This document shows positions 1 through 5,985 of a DNA stretch of 5,985 nt, piece after piece. The notes beneath the pieces were generated by a model, which was given only the letters and a program-made list of their open reading frames with translations, was not told where the DNA came from and ran no database searches. This DNA comes from a virus. Lineage: Duplodnaviria; Heunggongvirae; Uroviricota; Caudoviricetes. Position 1 is the stretch's first letter. Each line of letters opens with the position of its first letter. The stretch lies in IMG/VR virus record IMGVR_UViG_2579778666_000008. One strand, 5' to 3'. Position numbers and translations under genes: made by a program.

Positions 1-939
1 CGGGACCGTCTGGTCGCAGTACTGCCCGATGGCATACAGCGCCCACTTGTCCACATCCGCCGCCCCCAGACGTTTTCCCATGCCGTAGCGCGGGTGAGTC
101 AGCATGTCCCACAGACACCAGGCCGGGTTGTTGCTGTATGCCGGTTTCAGGCTGCCGTCCCAGATACCGCTGTACGTGCGTTTTTCCGGGTCATAGTTTG
201 ACGGCACCTGAATGATGCGACCGCGGATATGGTAGTTCACCGTCATCTGCTGGCCGCCGAACTGCTCCGCATCCACCTGCAGCCCCACAATGGCCGTGTT
301 CGGGTAGCACTGTTTCACATCGATGATTTCGGTGTATGACGACCACAGCGTCTTATTCTGCAGCTGGTCCGTGGTGCTGTCCGCTGTCTCCCGGACCATC
401 CGGATGTTAAAGGGCCGGGGAGGCAGATTATCCAGAATCACCGAGGCCAGGAACTGTGAGGTGGTCTTGCCGTTAATGGTGACGTCCTTTTCTGTCACCC
501 AGTTACCGTTACGCTGTAACTGAATCAGCAGGCGGACAGACGTCGGGTTACGGTCACCCTTTGAGGTGGTCTCCACCAGTGACTGCACCCCGAAGGTAAC
601 CCGCAGGCGGTCAATGTTCGCGGACGTAATGGTGCGCGTCACCGGCTTTGCCTTCGTCACTTCCACACCCAGTACAGTTTCAGCTCCGGAGGACTCAAAG
701 CCTTCCGGTGGTGTCTGCTCCTGCTCCCCGGCGCGCCAGACCGCTGTCACACCGTGTATCACGGGATTACCGTCCGTGTCCGTCAGCGGGGTTTTGTTCA
801 CCAGGATACTCTGCAGTCCCTTCACCGGGCCTTCCACCGGTCCCTCACCACTGGCATCAATCACGCTCATCATCTGCGTGGATTTGAGATTATCCTTCGC
901 CTCACGAGGTGTGTGTGCCTTACCGCCACCTTTTCCCAT
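1..939 (-). CDS. J: Tail tip / host-specificity protein J, N-terminal 313 codons; the 3' end lies beyond the left edge of the window
   Basis: Hand translation of the minus strand from ATG at 939..937 gives MGKGGGKAHTPRE..., matching the lambda J N-terminus as I recall it (MGKGSSKGHTPREAKDNLKS). The frame stays open through position 1 with no stop (checked codon by codon). Codons at the left edge translate to ...SNNPAWCLWDMLTHPRYGMGKRLGAADVDKWALYAIGQYCDQTVP, near-identical to the corresponding lambda J segment. A GGAAGG Shine-Dalgarno sits 4-5 nt upstream of the ATG (minus strand, about 944..952). Not in the ORF track, presumably because no stop codon falls inside the window. Confidence 0.9.
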   Translation of the reverse strand, partial: MGKGGGKAHTPREAKDNLKSTQMMSVIDASGEGPVEGPVKGLQSILVNKTPLTDTDGNPVIHGVTAVWRAGEQEQTPPEGFESSGAETVLGVEVTKAKPVTRTITSANIDRLRVTFGVQSLVETTSKGDRNPTSVRLLIQLQRNGNWVTEKDVTINGKTTSQFLASVILDNLPPRPFNIRMVRETADSTTDQLQNKTLWSSYTEIIDVKQCYPNTAIVGLQVDAEQFGGQQMTVNYHIRGRIIQVPSNYDPEKRTYSGIWDGSLKPAYSNNPAWCLWDMLTHPRYGMGKRLGAADVDKWALYAIGQYCDQTVP

Positions 940-1042
940 ACAGCCTTCCCCTGAATAAATTAACCGCCACTTGCCATTCCGTACAGAAGTCGGATATCCT
1001 TCGCCCGAAAAGCATGAAACACATTTCTGCCATGCTAAAGAG

Positions 1043-1072
1043 AAACCCCGGTATCAGCAGATACCGGGGTTT
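1043..1072. terminator. Perfect 13-bp hairpin (AAACCCCGGTATC / 4-nt loop AGCA / GATACCGGGGTTT) flanked by T-rich tracts on both strands; putative bidirectional intrinsic terminator
   Basis: Seen directly: 1043..1055 pairs perfectly with 1060..1072, and the GC-rich core CCCCGG pairs with CCGGGG. On the plus strand it is followed by TTTTCTTTCAT; on the minus strand by TTTCTCTTTAG. It lies in the I-J gap, about 100 nt upstream of the J start. Confidence 0.55.
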
Positions 1073-1144
1073 TCTTTCATGCCCACCGATAATCCTGTTG
1101 GTTAAAACCGGTAATGGCATAAAAATTCTGAATATCTTCACATT

Positions 1145-1172
1145 TTCACACACTGACTGTGGCGCTTATAAT
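1145..1172 (+). promoter_or_regulatory. Candidate sigma70 promoter: -35 TTCACA (1145..1150), 16-nt spacer, -10 TATAAT (1167..1172); predicted start near 1179
   Basis: Seen directly: a perfect consensus -10 hexamer and a 5/6 match to the -35 hexamer at near-optimal spacing, in an AT-rich context. It points away from J and toward the terminator at 1237..1270. Confidence 0.4.
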
Positions 1173-1178
1173 TTCTCT

Positions 1179-1270
1179 GCGTTAATTTTTTTGTCGTGAT
1201 ATAAGAATAATTCCTTAACTCTAATCTTTGTCTGTCCCCGCAGCTCCGCGATCACTGCGGGATTTTTTTT
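1179..1270 (+). ncRNA. Candidate small non-coding RNA of about 90 nt (moron-type), running from the predicted start to the intrinsic terminator; the 5' end is uncertain and may lie near 1133 if the weaker upstream promoter is the one used
   Basis: A promoter and a terminator on the same strand are about 90 nt apart with no plausible ORF between them (only a few codons are open in any plus frame after the start). The body is AU-rich and ends in a GC stem plus U8, the usual architecture of Hfq-type sRNAs. It sits in a gap that is much shorter in lambda, as far as I recall. No homology to a named sRNA can be asserted from memory. Confidence 0.3.
1237..1270 (+). terminator. Rho-independent terminator, plus-strand oriented: stem CCCGCAG (1237..1243) / CTGCGGG (1255..1261), 11-nt loop, then A + T8 (1263..1270)
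   Basis: Seen directly. The T8 run follows the stem only on the plus strand; the minus-strand reading has an A-run before the stem and no U-tract after it, so it is not a terminator for the tail operon. It ends 7 nt before the I stop codon on the opposite strand (convergent). Confidence 0.7.
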
Positions 1271-1277
1271 ATTCTTT

Positions 1278-1958
1278 TTACCCCTGCCGCCCGATAACCA
1301 CGACCTTTCCGCCCCCGCCTTCATCACGGGTACTGATGTCCTGGGATATACGGCGGGAGCCAACCAGCATTTCCCCGTAGGGCACCGGCATCGGGTTACC
1401 CTGGGCAATCATGTTATCCAGTGACGAAAAATACGTGTTCTGTCTGCCGTTATCCGTTGCGCGGTAATCCGGTGTTTTTGCCTTCGGGGCCAGCATCTGG
1501 GCCACACCGCCCAGTATCATGCTGGCCCCCAGTGAAAACAGCATCGTGGTGGCAGAAAAACCGCCGGCACTCAGGGCTGTACCCCATAACGCCATCGAGG
1601 CACCGGCAGTGAGGAAAGAGCCCACGATGGCTGCCGCCCCCAGCACAATCTGCAGTCCACCCTTTCCGGCCCCGGCCAGTCGCGGCACAATATGGATAAC
1701 CGTTCCCTCACCCAGTGGTTCGTGAAGGCGGGCATACACCGCCTCCGGTGCCGTATCCTCACCGGCAATGCGTATCTGGTACCAGCCTTCGTTCATCTGA
1801 CGGCGAAAGCCCGGCACCTGTAACGACAGCGCCCGGATGGCTTCCGCTGCCGTGTTCACATACAGGCTGAGGCGGCGGCCAAATCGTTGTAAATCCCCGT
1901 GAAGGCAGATGCGTGCCAGTGGCGGTGACGCCAGACAGAATGCGTTCGTCGTTGCCAT
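1278..1958 (-). CDS. I: Tail tip assembly protein I (lambda gpI family)
   Basis: 226-aa ORF with ATG at 1958..1956 and TAA at 1280..1278. The N-terminus has the conserved ...ARICLHGDLQRFGRR... motif and the C-terminal half is the Gly/Ala-rich hydrophobic region typical of gpI. Its 5' end overlaps the 3' end of K by about 100 nt in another frame, as in lambda. A GAGAGG Shine-Dalgarno-like sequence lies upstream. Confidence 0.9.
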   Translation of the reverse strand: MATTNAFCLASPPLARICLHGDLQRFGRRLSLYVNTAAEAIRALSLQVPGFRRQMNEGWYQIRIAGEDTAPEAVYARLHEPLGEGTVIHIVPRLAGAGKGGLQIVLGAAAIVGSFLTAGASMALWGTALSAGGFSATTMLFSLGASMILGGVAQMLAPKAKTPDYRATDNGRQNTYFSSLDNMIAQGNPMPVPYGEMLVGSRRISQDISTRDEGGGGKVVVIGRQG

Positions 1959-2599
1959 TTTTCGGAATACCTCTCCCGTTTACTCAGTTGTTCAGGCAGA
2001 TGGTGAAGCAGCTCACCGTTGCCGCAGTAAATGGCGGCATGGTTCGGTACCGAAGCACCAAAGCAGCACAGCAGAATATCGCCCGCCTGTGCAGAGGACA
2101 GGGGCACCCGGTAAAAGCCGGTGACCGCCATATTGTCCAGGTAAAGGTTCTGACCGTTGCGCCACCAGTCATCCTCGCGATGAAAATCCGGCATTTCAGT
2201 CCCCGCCAGATGATAAGCATCCCGGAACAGCGTGTAACAGTCCGTCACCCCGTGCTCAAAGCGCCGTCCTGTCAGATGTGGCACACAGCGGAATTTGTGA
2301 ATGTCACCCCGGCAGACCAGCCACCAGGGCAGTGCGCTTTTTATCTGCAGCCGCCGGTCAGCCTCGCTCAGCCAGGGCAGCCCACCGGGATGACTGTGGA
2401 CCAGTGCCACAATCTCCCCCTGCATCTCTGCCCGCAGCCAGTCTTCCGGTGCGATACGAAAATACGCCTCCGGCTCTGCGGAAATATTCACACAAGGGAT
2501 ATACCACTCCCCCTCCGGCGTGCTTATCACGAAGCCGCACGACTCCGCAGGCGCACACCGCCGGGCATGCGCCAGAATCGCTGATTCTGTCTCTGTCAT
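1856..2599 (-). CDS. K: Tail tip assembly protein K (lambda gpK family), with an N-terminal JAB/MPN metallopeptidase-like domain and a C-terminal NlpC/P60-like domain
   Basis: 247-aa ORF starting MTETESAILAHARR, as lambda K does. A complete JAMM motif is visible (E...HSHPGGLPWLSEAD, i.e. H-x-H-x7-S-x2-D). The C-terminal part has NlpC/P60-like Cys and His residues (GVTDCYTLF..., ...NHAAIYCG...). It starts 5 nt after the L stop. Confidence 0.9.
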   Translation of the reverse strand: MTETESAILAHARRCAPAESCGFVISTPEGEWYIPCVNISAEPEAYFRIAPEDWLRAEMQGEIVALVHSHPGGLPWLSEADRRLQIKSALPWWLVCRGDIHKFRCVPHLTGRRFEHGVTDCYTLFRDAYHLAGTEMPDFHREDDWWRNGQNLYLDNMAVTGFYRVPLSSAQAGDILLCCFGASVPNHAAIYCGNGELLHHLPEQLSKRERYSEKWQRRTHSVWRHRHWHASAFTGIYNDLAAASACM

Positions 2600-2604
2600 G
2601 GGAT

Positions 2605-3303
2605 TTACTGCGAAAGTTTATTAATGGAAAGGAAACCGCCAAAATTGCCGACATTCCTGCGCAGTTCACACCCGCGCATGCACTTGCTGCATCTGTCCTT
2701 ACGGATATCCGTGGTGGGTTTATCGAACTCATCCGCCACAGCCCCGCCCGTGTAACCACACTCATCAGAGCGGTAGGTCCACATACAGGTGTTCGCCAGC
2801 ATGATACGACCGGGAAACAGCGCCCCGTCCGTCTCGGTCGGTGTGGCCAGCACAAACGAGGCCGTCATGGCTGTCAGCTGCGACATCTGCTCCACCACCC
2901 AGCGGTCGCTCAGCTCCTGCTCCGGGTCCGCTTCCGGATTGCCCGCCACAAAATTCACCGCATCCAGAAAACGGGCATACACCCGGCGGCGGACCACCGT
3001 GGCCCCCACCAGACTCTGCAGGTCTTCCGCCATCCCGGTGACAAGGCCGAACAGATTGGACACCGTCAGCGACGGTCTGGCACTGCTGCCTTTCCCGTTC
3101 ATTTCAAAGCCGCTGCCATCAATCGGGTACGCCTCATACTTACGCCCCTGCCAGGTGACCGGCTCCCCTTTTTCATTCAGCTCATTACAGAAAAAATACC
3201 GCTCACCGCCCTGTACCGTCAGGTCGATTTCCCAGAGTACCACCCGCGGTGACTGCTCTGATTTAACCGACTCGTTCAGACTTTCTTCGTGAATATCCTG
3301 CAT
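2605..3303 (-). CDS. L: Minor tail protein L (lambda gpL family)
   Basis: 232-aa ORF, the same length as lambda L as I recall. The C-terminal region has a five-cysteine cluster (TCM, DEC, DRC, SKC, RGC), consistent with the Fe-S cluster-binding region described for gpL. Its start overlaps the M stop (TGATG). It sits between M and K as in lambda. Confidence 0.9.
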   Translation of the reverse strand: MQDIHEESLNESVKSEQSPRVVLWEIDLTVQGGERYFFCNELNEKGEPVTWQGRKYEAYPIDGSGFEMNGKGSSARPSLTVSNLFGLVTGMAEDLQSLVGATVVRRRVYARFLDAVNFVAGNPEADPEQELSDRWVVEQMSQLTAMTASFVLATPTETDGALFPGRIMLANTCMWTYRSDECGYTGGAVADEFDKPTTDIRKDRCSKCMRGCELRRNVGNFGGFLSINKLSQ

Positions 3304-3644
3304 CAGTTCACCACCTGCTCAATCGTACAACTGAAATCACTGTACCTGGCGTTATCTGTGACGCTCCACTCCCGGCATACCACCCTCACCGTCCGGTTAT
3401 GTTTCGGCGGTCGCCACAAAAAGGCACGGTAACCACCATGCCACGATAAAAACTCTTCCAGCCATCGCCGGGTCGCCTCATCCGTCACCCGGAACACCGC
3501 CTGAAACGTCTTCAGTCGGGCATTAAGTCCCGTCGGGCGGCGCTGTTCATAACCGTCACCAAACCGTACCCTCGCCACCGACGGTTTCTCACTCACCTGC
3601 ATCCCTTCACGCGGGACCAGATGCAGCGTTTTTATCTCAGCCAC
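3303..3644 (-). CDS. M: Minor tail protein M (lambda gpM family)
   Basis: 113-aa ORF with the conserved ...VRFGDGYEQRRPTGLNARLKT... and C-terminal ...EQVVN, as in lambda M. The initiation codon appears to be GTG (plus 3642..3644 is cac), overlapping the H TGA stop by 8 nt. Confidence 0.88.
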   Translation of the reverse strand: MAEIKTLHLVPREGMQVSEKPSVARVRFGDGYEQRRPTGLNARLKTFQAVFRVTDEATRRWLEEFLSWHGGYRAFLWRPPKHNRTVRVVCREWSVTDNARYSDFSCTIEQVVN

Positions 3645-5985
3645 TCAGCATTCCTCCGTCACGTCGCATGGACAGCATCACCGCCTGCACCCGCTGGTCA
3701 ATCAGTTGCACAAGGCTGCCCGCAGCTTCCGGCCCTATCTGTCCGTTAGCCCCGTCATTCTGAATGGCGATATGGTAGACCGGGGAATACACCAGACCGG
3801 CACTGCCGTTCATACTGCCCACCGCTCGCACACCCAGCGAGCCATCCGCCGCCCGGGTCAGGGGCATAATGGCTTCAGGACCGGCCTCCCCCATCAGTCC
3901 CGCCCCTTTTGCAAAGGCAAAGTACGTGGGCGTATCCACAATACTGTTGCTGTACGCACTCAGGTTTGCCGAGGTATACACCCCGCCTTTTGCATTGGCC
4001 ACCGCACCGCCCAGCCAGCTACCAATACTGCCGATAAATCCTCCCGCTCCGGACATACTGTTTGCCGCCGTCTTGATCCCGTTGACAATCGCGGCATTCA
4101 TAAGAACTTTTGATATTTCCTGCAGCACTGATGAGGCCCAGCTGCGCCATTCCACTTTATTTCCGTTCAGCATCTCCGTGATGTTATTCACCATCCCTGA
4201 GATACCCTCCGTCGCCAGCTGTGCTGCCTGTGAGGCGTAATCGGACGCATTATCCACCCAGTTACTGAATCCCTCCTGCAGCCCTTTCTGCCAGTCCGCA
4301 CGCTGCACATCCGATTCGGCATAAAAGGCTTCCTGCTCTTTCAGACGTTCACTCAGATACTGCGCGTTCTGTGCCAGAGCCTGTCTGTAAAAATCCTCAC
4401 TGATATCCCCGGTCTGATACTGAGACTGAAGGTCCGCATCCTTCTGGCGGAAACTGTCGCGGATCTGCTGCAACTCCCGCATGCGTTCACGGAGCCGCTC
4501 TCCCTGCCCGTACCCCAGCAGTTCCGCTTCATTTGATGCACGCGCAGCCACATTATCATTCTTCAGGGTCTCTTCCCGGGACCGCAACTGCTCCCGGATT
4601 TTTTGCTGGTCAATCAGGGCCGCATTGCGCAGCAGTTCCTGCTTCTGCATCTCCGTCAGGGTTTTCAGTTCGCCCTGCGCAGTCTGGTATTTCAGCTTCG
4701 CCAGCTCTGTATTCTGCCCCGCAAGTGCCAATTGCTCTTTCTGCTGCTTCAGCAGCCGGGAAAAACTGTCTTCCGCTTTTTCCGTCTCTGATTTTCCACC
4801 CCGGGATTTGGGTTTATTCGCCTCGTTATTGCGCCAGGCTTCCAGGGCATTACTGATATAACGTTGTCTCGCCTCCTGATACGGTTCACCCACAAAACCG
4901 AGGTCATCCGCCGCATACCCCAGTCGGACACGCTCTTTTTCTTCCCCTTTCAGTCTGGACAGGGCCAGCTCACGCTCTGTTTTTGTCAGGGCACTCTGCT
5001 GTTTATCATCCAGAGTGGCCTGTGGCAGCCGTAACGGCACATTCACCAGTCCCTGCCGCTGCTGAAGCAGTTCATTACCCAGCCCCAGCAGACGGTTGAA
5101 TTCCGTATGCTGACCGTTCATAACCAGCATGGACTGGTACACCTTATTCTGCTCTGCCGCCTGCTGACGAATTAACGCCACACGACGGTCTTCCAGCCCG
5201 GCAAGCACATCCTGAATGGACTGCGCTTTTTCCTGCATCTGTGCCAGACGGGACTGCTCAACGGCAAGCTGCTCTGTTGCCTGAGAAAGCCCTTCCGTCA
5301 CGGTCTTCACCGATGTCAGATGGTTTATCATGAATCCGTCACCGGTTGTCCAGCCAGGGTTAGCCAGAACATACTGATATCCAGCGATTTTTTCCTGCAG
5401 GGATTTCACCCGGCTGGCCTGTTCATCAATCAGCCGGTTCTGCTCTGCCAGCGCCGCCCGTGTTCGTCCTTCATTATCTGAGGCTTCAGGCAAAGACATT
5501 GACGGCGTTTTATGCGCGATTTCATCTATCGTCAGTGCATACTGGCGCGCTGACTCCCTGGCCTGCTCCTGATTCTGGTACAGCGTATACCATGCTGCTG
5601 CCCCCAGCATCACCAGTCCGGGTACGCCACCAACCAGTCCCAACGCACCAGTCATCAGACGTGAGCCCACCGCCGTTGTACTGTTCAGCGCATTCTGGGC
5701 TGCGGTTCTGGCAGCAATATTTCTGTTCAGGCGTTCCTGTGTGGCCGCCAGACGGGCTTCTGCAGCAATCTGCATCTCCGTCCCGCGGGCTGCCGCCACA
5801 GCCTGCTGTGCACGGTACACGGCTGCCCTTGCCCGCGCCGTGGCAATCTGCGTCCCCCTGAGCTGTGCTTCCGCCAGTGCCACTTCATTACGTGCTGCCG
5901 TCACAAGTCCTGCCGTGGCAGACACCGCTCCGGAGGCCATATTGCCAAAGTACCGGGCAACCCCGACGGCAACCAGCGCCCCCGC
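3637..5985 (-). CDS. H: Tail tape measure protein (lambda gpH family), missing the 5' end; 782 codons plus stop lie in the window and the ORF runs off the right edge
   Basis: The reading frame is open from 5985 down to TGA at 3639..3637 (the last 15 codons before the edge were checked by hand). It has a long Ala/Gln/Glu/Arg-rich coiled-coil-like body, a hydrophobic Gly-rich segment near the N-terminal part, and a C-terminus ...QNDGANGQIGPEAA...RRDGGMLSG that resembles the lambda H C-terminus (...NNDGTNGQIGPAAL...MRDGGLFSG) as I recall it. It lies immediately upstream of M. Confidence 0.92.
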   Translation of the reverse strand, partial: AGALVAVGVARYFGNMASGAVSATAGLVTAARNEVALAEAQLRGTQIATARARAAVYRAQQAVAAARGTEMQIAAEARLAATQERLNRNIAARTAAQNALNSTTAVGSRLMTGALGLVGGVPGLVMLGAAAWYTLYQNQEQARESARQYALTIDEIAHKTPSMSLPEASDNEGRTRAALAEQNRLIDEQASRVKSLQEKIAGYQYVLANPGWTTGDGFMINHLTSVKTVTEGLSQATEQLAVEQSRLAQMQEKAQSIQDVLAGLEDRRVALIRQQAAEQNKVYQSMLVMNGQHTEFNRLLGLGNELLQQRQGLVNVPLRLPQATLDDKQQSALTKTERELALSRLKGEEKERVRLGYAADDLGFVGEPYQEARQRYISNALEAWRNNEANKPKSRGGKSETEKAEDSFSRLLKQQKEQLALAGQNTELAKLKYQTAQGELKTLTEMQKQELLRNAALIDQQKIREQLRSREETLKNDNVAARASNEAELLGYGQGERLRERMRELQQIRDSFRQKDADLQSQYQTGDISEDFYRQALAQNAQYLSERLKEQEAFYAESDVQRADWQKGLQEGFSNWVDNASDYASQAAQLATEGISGMVNNITEMLNGNKVEWRSWASSVLQEISKVLMNAAIVNGIKTAANSMSGAGGFIGSIGSWLGGAVANAKGGVYTSANLSAYSNSIVDTPTYFAFAKGAGLMGEAGPEAIMPLTRAADGSLGVRAVGSMNGSAGLVYSPVYHIAIQNDGANGQIGPEAAGSLVQLIDQRVQAVMLSMRRDGGMLSG

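Noticed and set aside
566-958. Plus-strand ORFs of 130, 79 and 66 aa (566..958, 648..887, 754..954), and also 323..523
   Set aside because: They lie entirely antisense to the highly conserved J coding frame. Their products are low-complexity (Pro/Ser/Arg-rich), typical of antisense frames in GC-rich coding DNA, and no convincing start context is present.
920-1153. Minus-strand 77-aa ORF in the I-J gap
   Set aside because: It has no Shine-Dalgarno, it traverses the 1043..1072 hairpin, and it overlaps the J start and RBS in another frame. The product is low-complexity. This is more likely a chance open frame in AT-rich DNA.
909-1199. Plus-strand 96-aa ORF spanning the J start and the intergenic gap
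   Set aside because: It begins inside J antisense, runs straight through the 13-bp terminator hairpin and the promoter elements, has no RBS, and its product has no recognisable features.
1191-1205. TTGTCG ... TATAAG as a possible promoter
   Set aside because: The two hexamers are only about 3 nt apart, far too close for -35/-10 spacing. Minus-strand scans of the gap likewise found only poorly spaced or weak hexamer pairs, so no minus-strand promoter is proposed.
1166-1408. Minus-strand 80-aa ORF overlapping the 3' end of I
   Set aside because: It is out of frame with I and covers the I stop and the plus-strand terminator. The product is Lys/Arg-rich because it reads through the A-run, which is a frame artefact.
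1421-1768. Short ORFs inside I (1421..1612 +, 1519..1725 +, 1571..1768 -)
   Set aside because: They are antisense or out of frame within gene I, with no supporting start signals.
1913-2584. Plus-strand 223-aa ORF, plus 1909..2124 (+) and 1984..2220 (-)
   Set aside because: They are antisense to, or out of frame within, the well-supported K gene. The products are Pro/Arg/Gln-rich and no independent signals are present.
2278-3292. Plus-strand 324-aa and 167-aa ORFs (2278..3252, 2789..3292) and the minus-strand 165-aa ORF (2358..2855)
   Set aside because: Long open antisense or alternate frames across K and L are expected at this G+C content. The products are Arg/Pro/His-rich with no domain-like features, and the sense frames are the conserved lambda tail proteins.
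3706-4861. Several plus-strand ORFs inside the tape measure gene (3706..4113, 3869..4240, 4481..4861, 4533..4856, 4603..4791, 5460..5861) and minus-strand out-of-frame ORFs (4353..4559, 4749..4931)
   Set aside because: All are embedded antisense or out of frame within the long, continuous H frame. Their composition (Ser/Pro/Ala/Arg-rich or Leu/Gln/Phe-rich) reflects reverse reading of the coiled-coil codons.

Overview
This window is the distal part of a lambda-like (siphovirus) tail assembly module, almost certainly from a lambdoid prophage or phage of an enterobacterium. All six genes are on the minus strand in the canonical lambda order: tape measure H (5' end beyond the right edge), M, L, K, I, then J (3' end beyond the left edge). 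H/M, M/L and K/I overlap or abut as in phage lambda. The one region not explained by the tail genes is a 338-bp AT-rich gap between I and J (940..1277). It carries a plus-strand sigma70-like promoter (TTCACA-16-TATAAT), a plus-strand intrinsic terminator (7-bp stem plus T8) about 90 nt downstream, and a separate 13-bp perfect hairpin with T-rich tracts on both sides. No credible protein fits in the gap, so the best reading is a moron-type insertion encoding a small non-coding RNA, transcribed convergently with the tail operon. That call is inference from sequence signals only. All plus-strand ORFs in the track inside the tail genes are antisense artefacts. Gene identities rest on my recall of lambda protein sequences, not on a database search.
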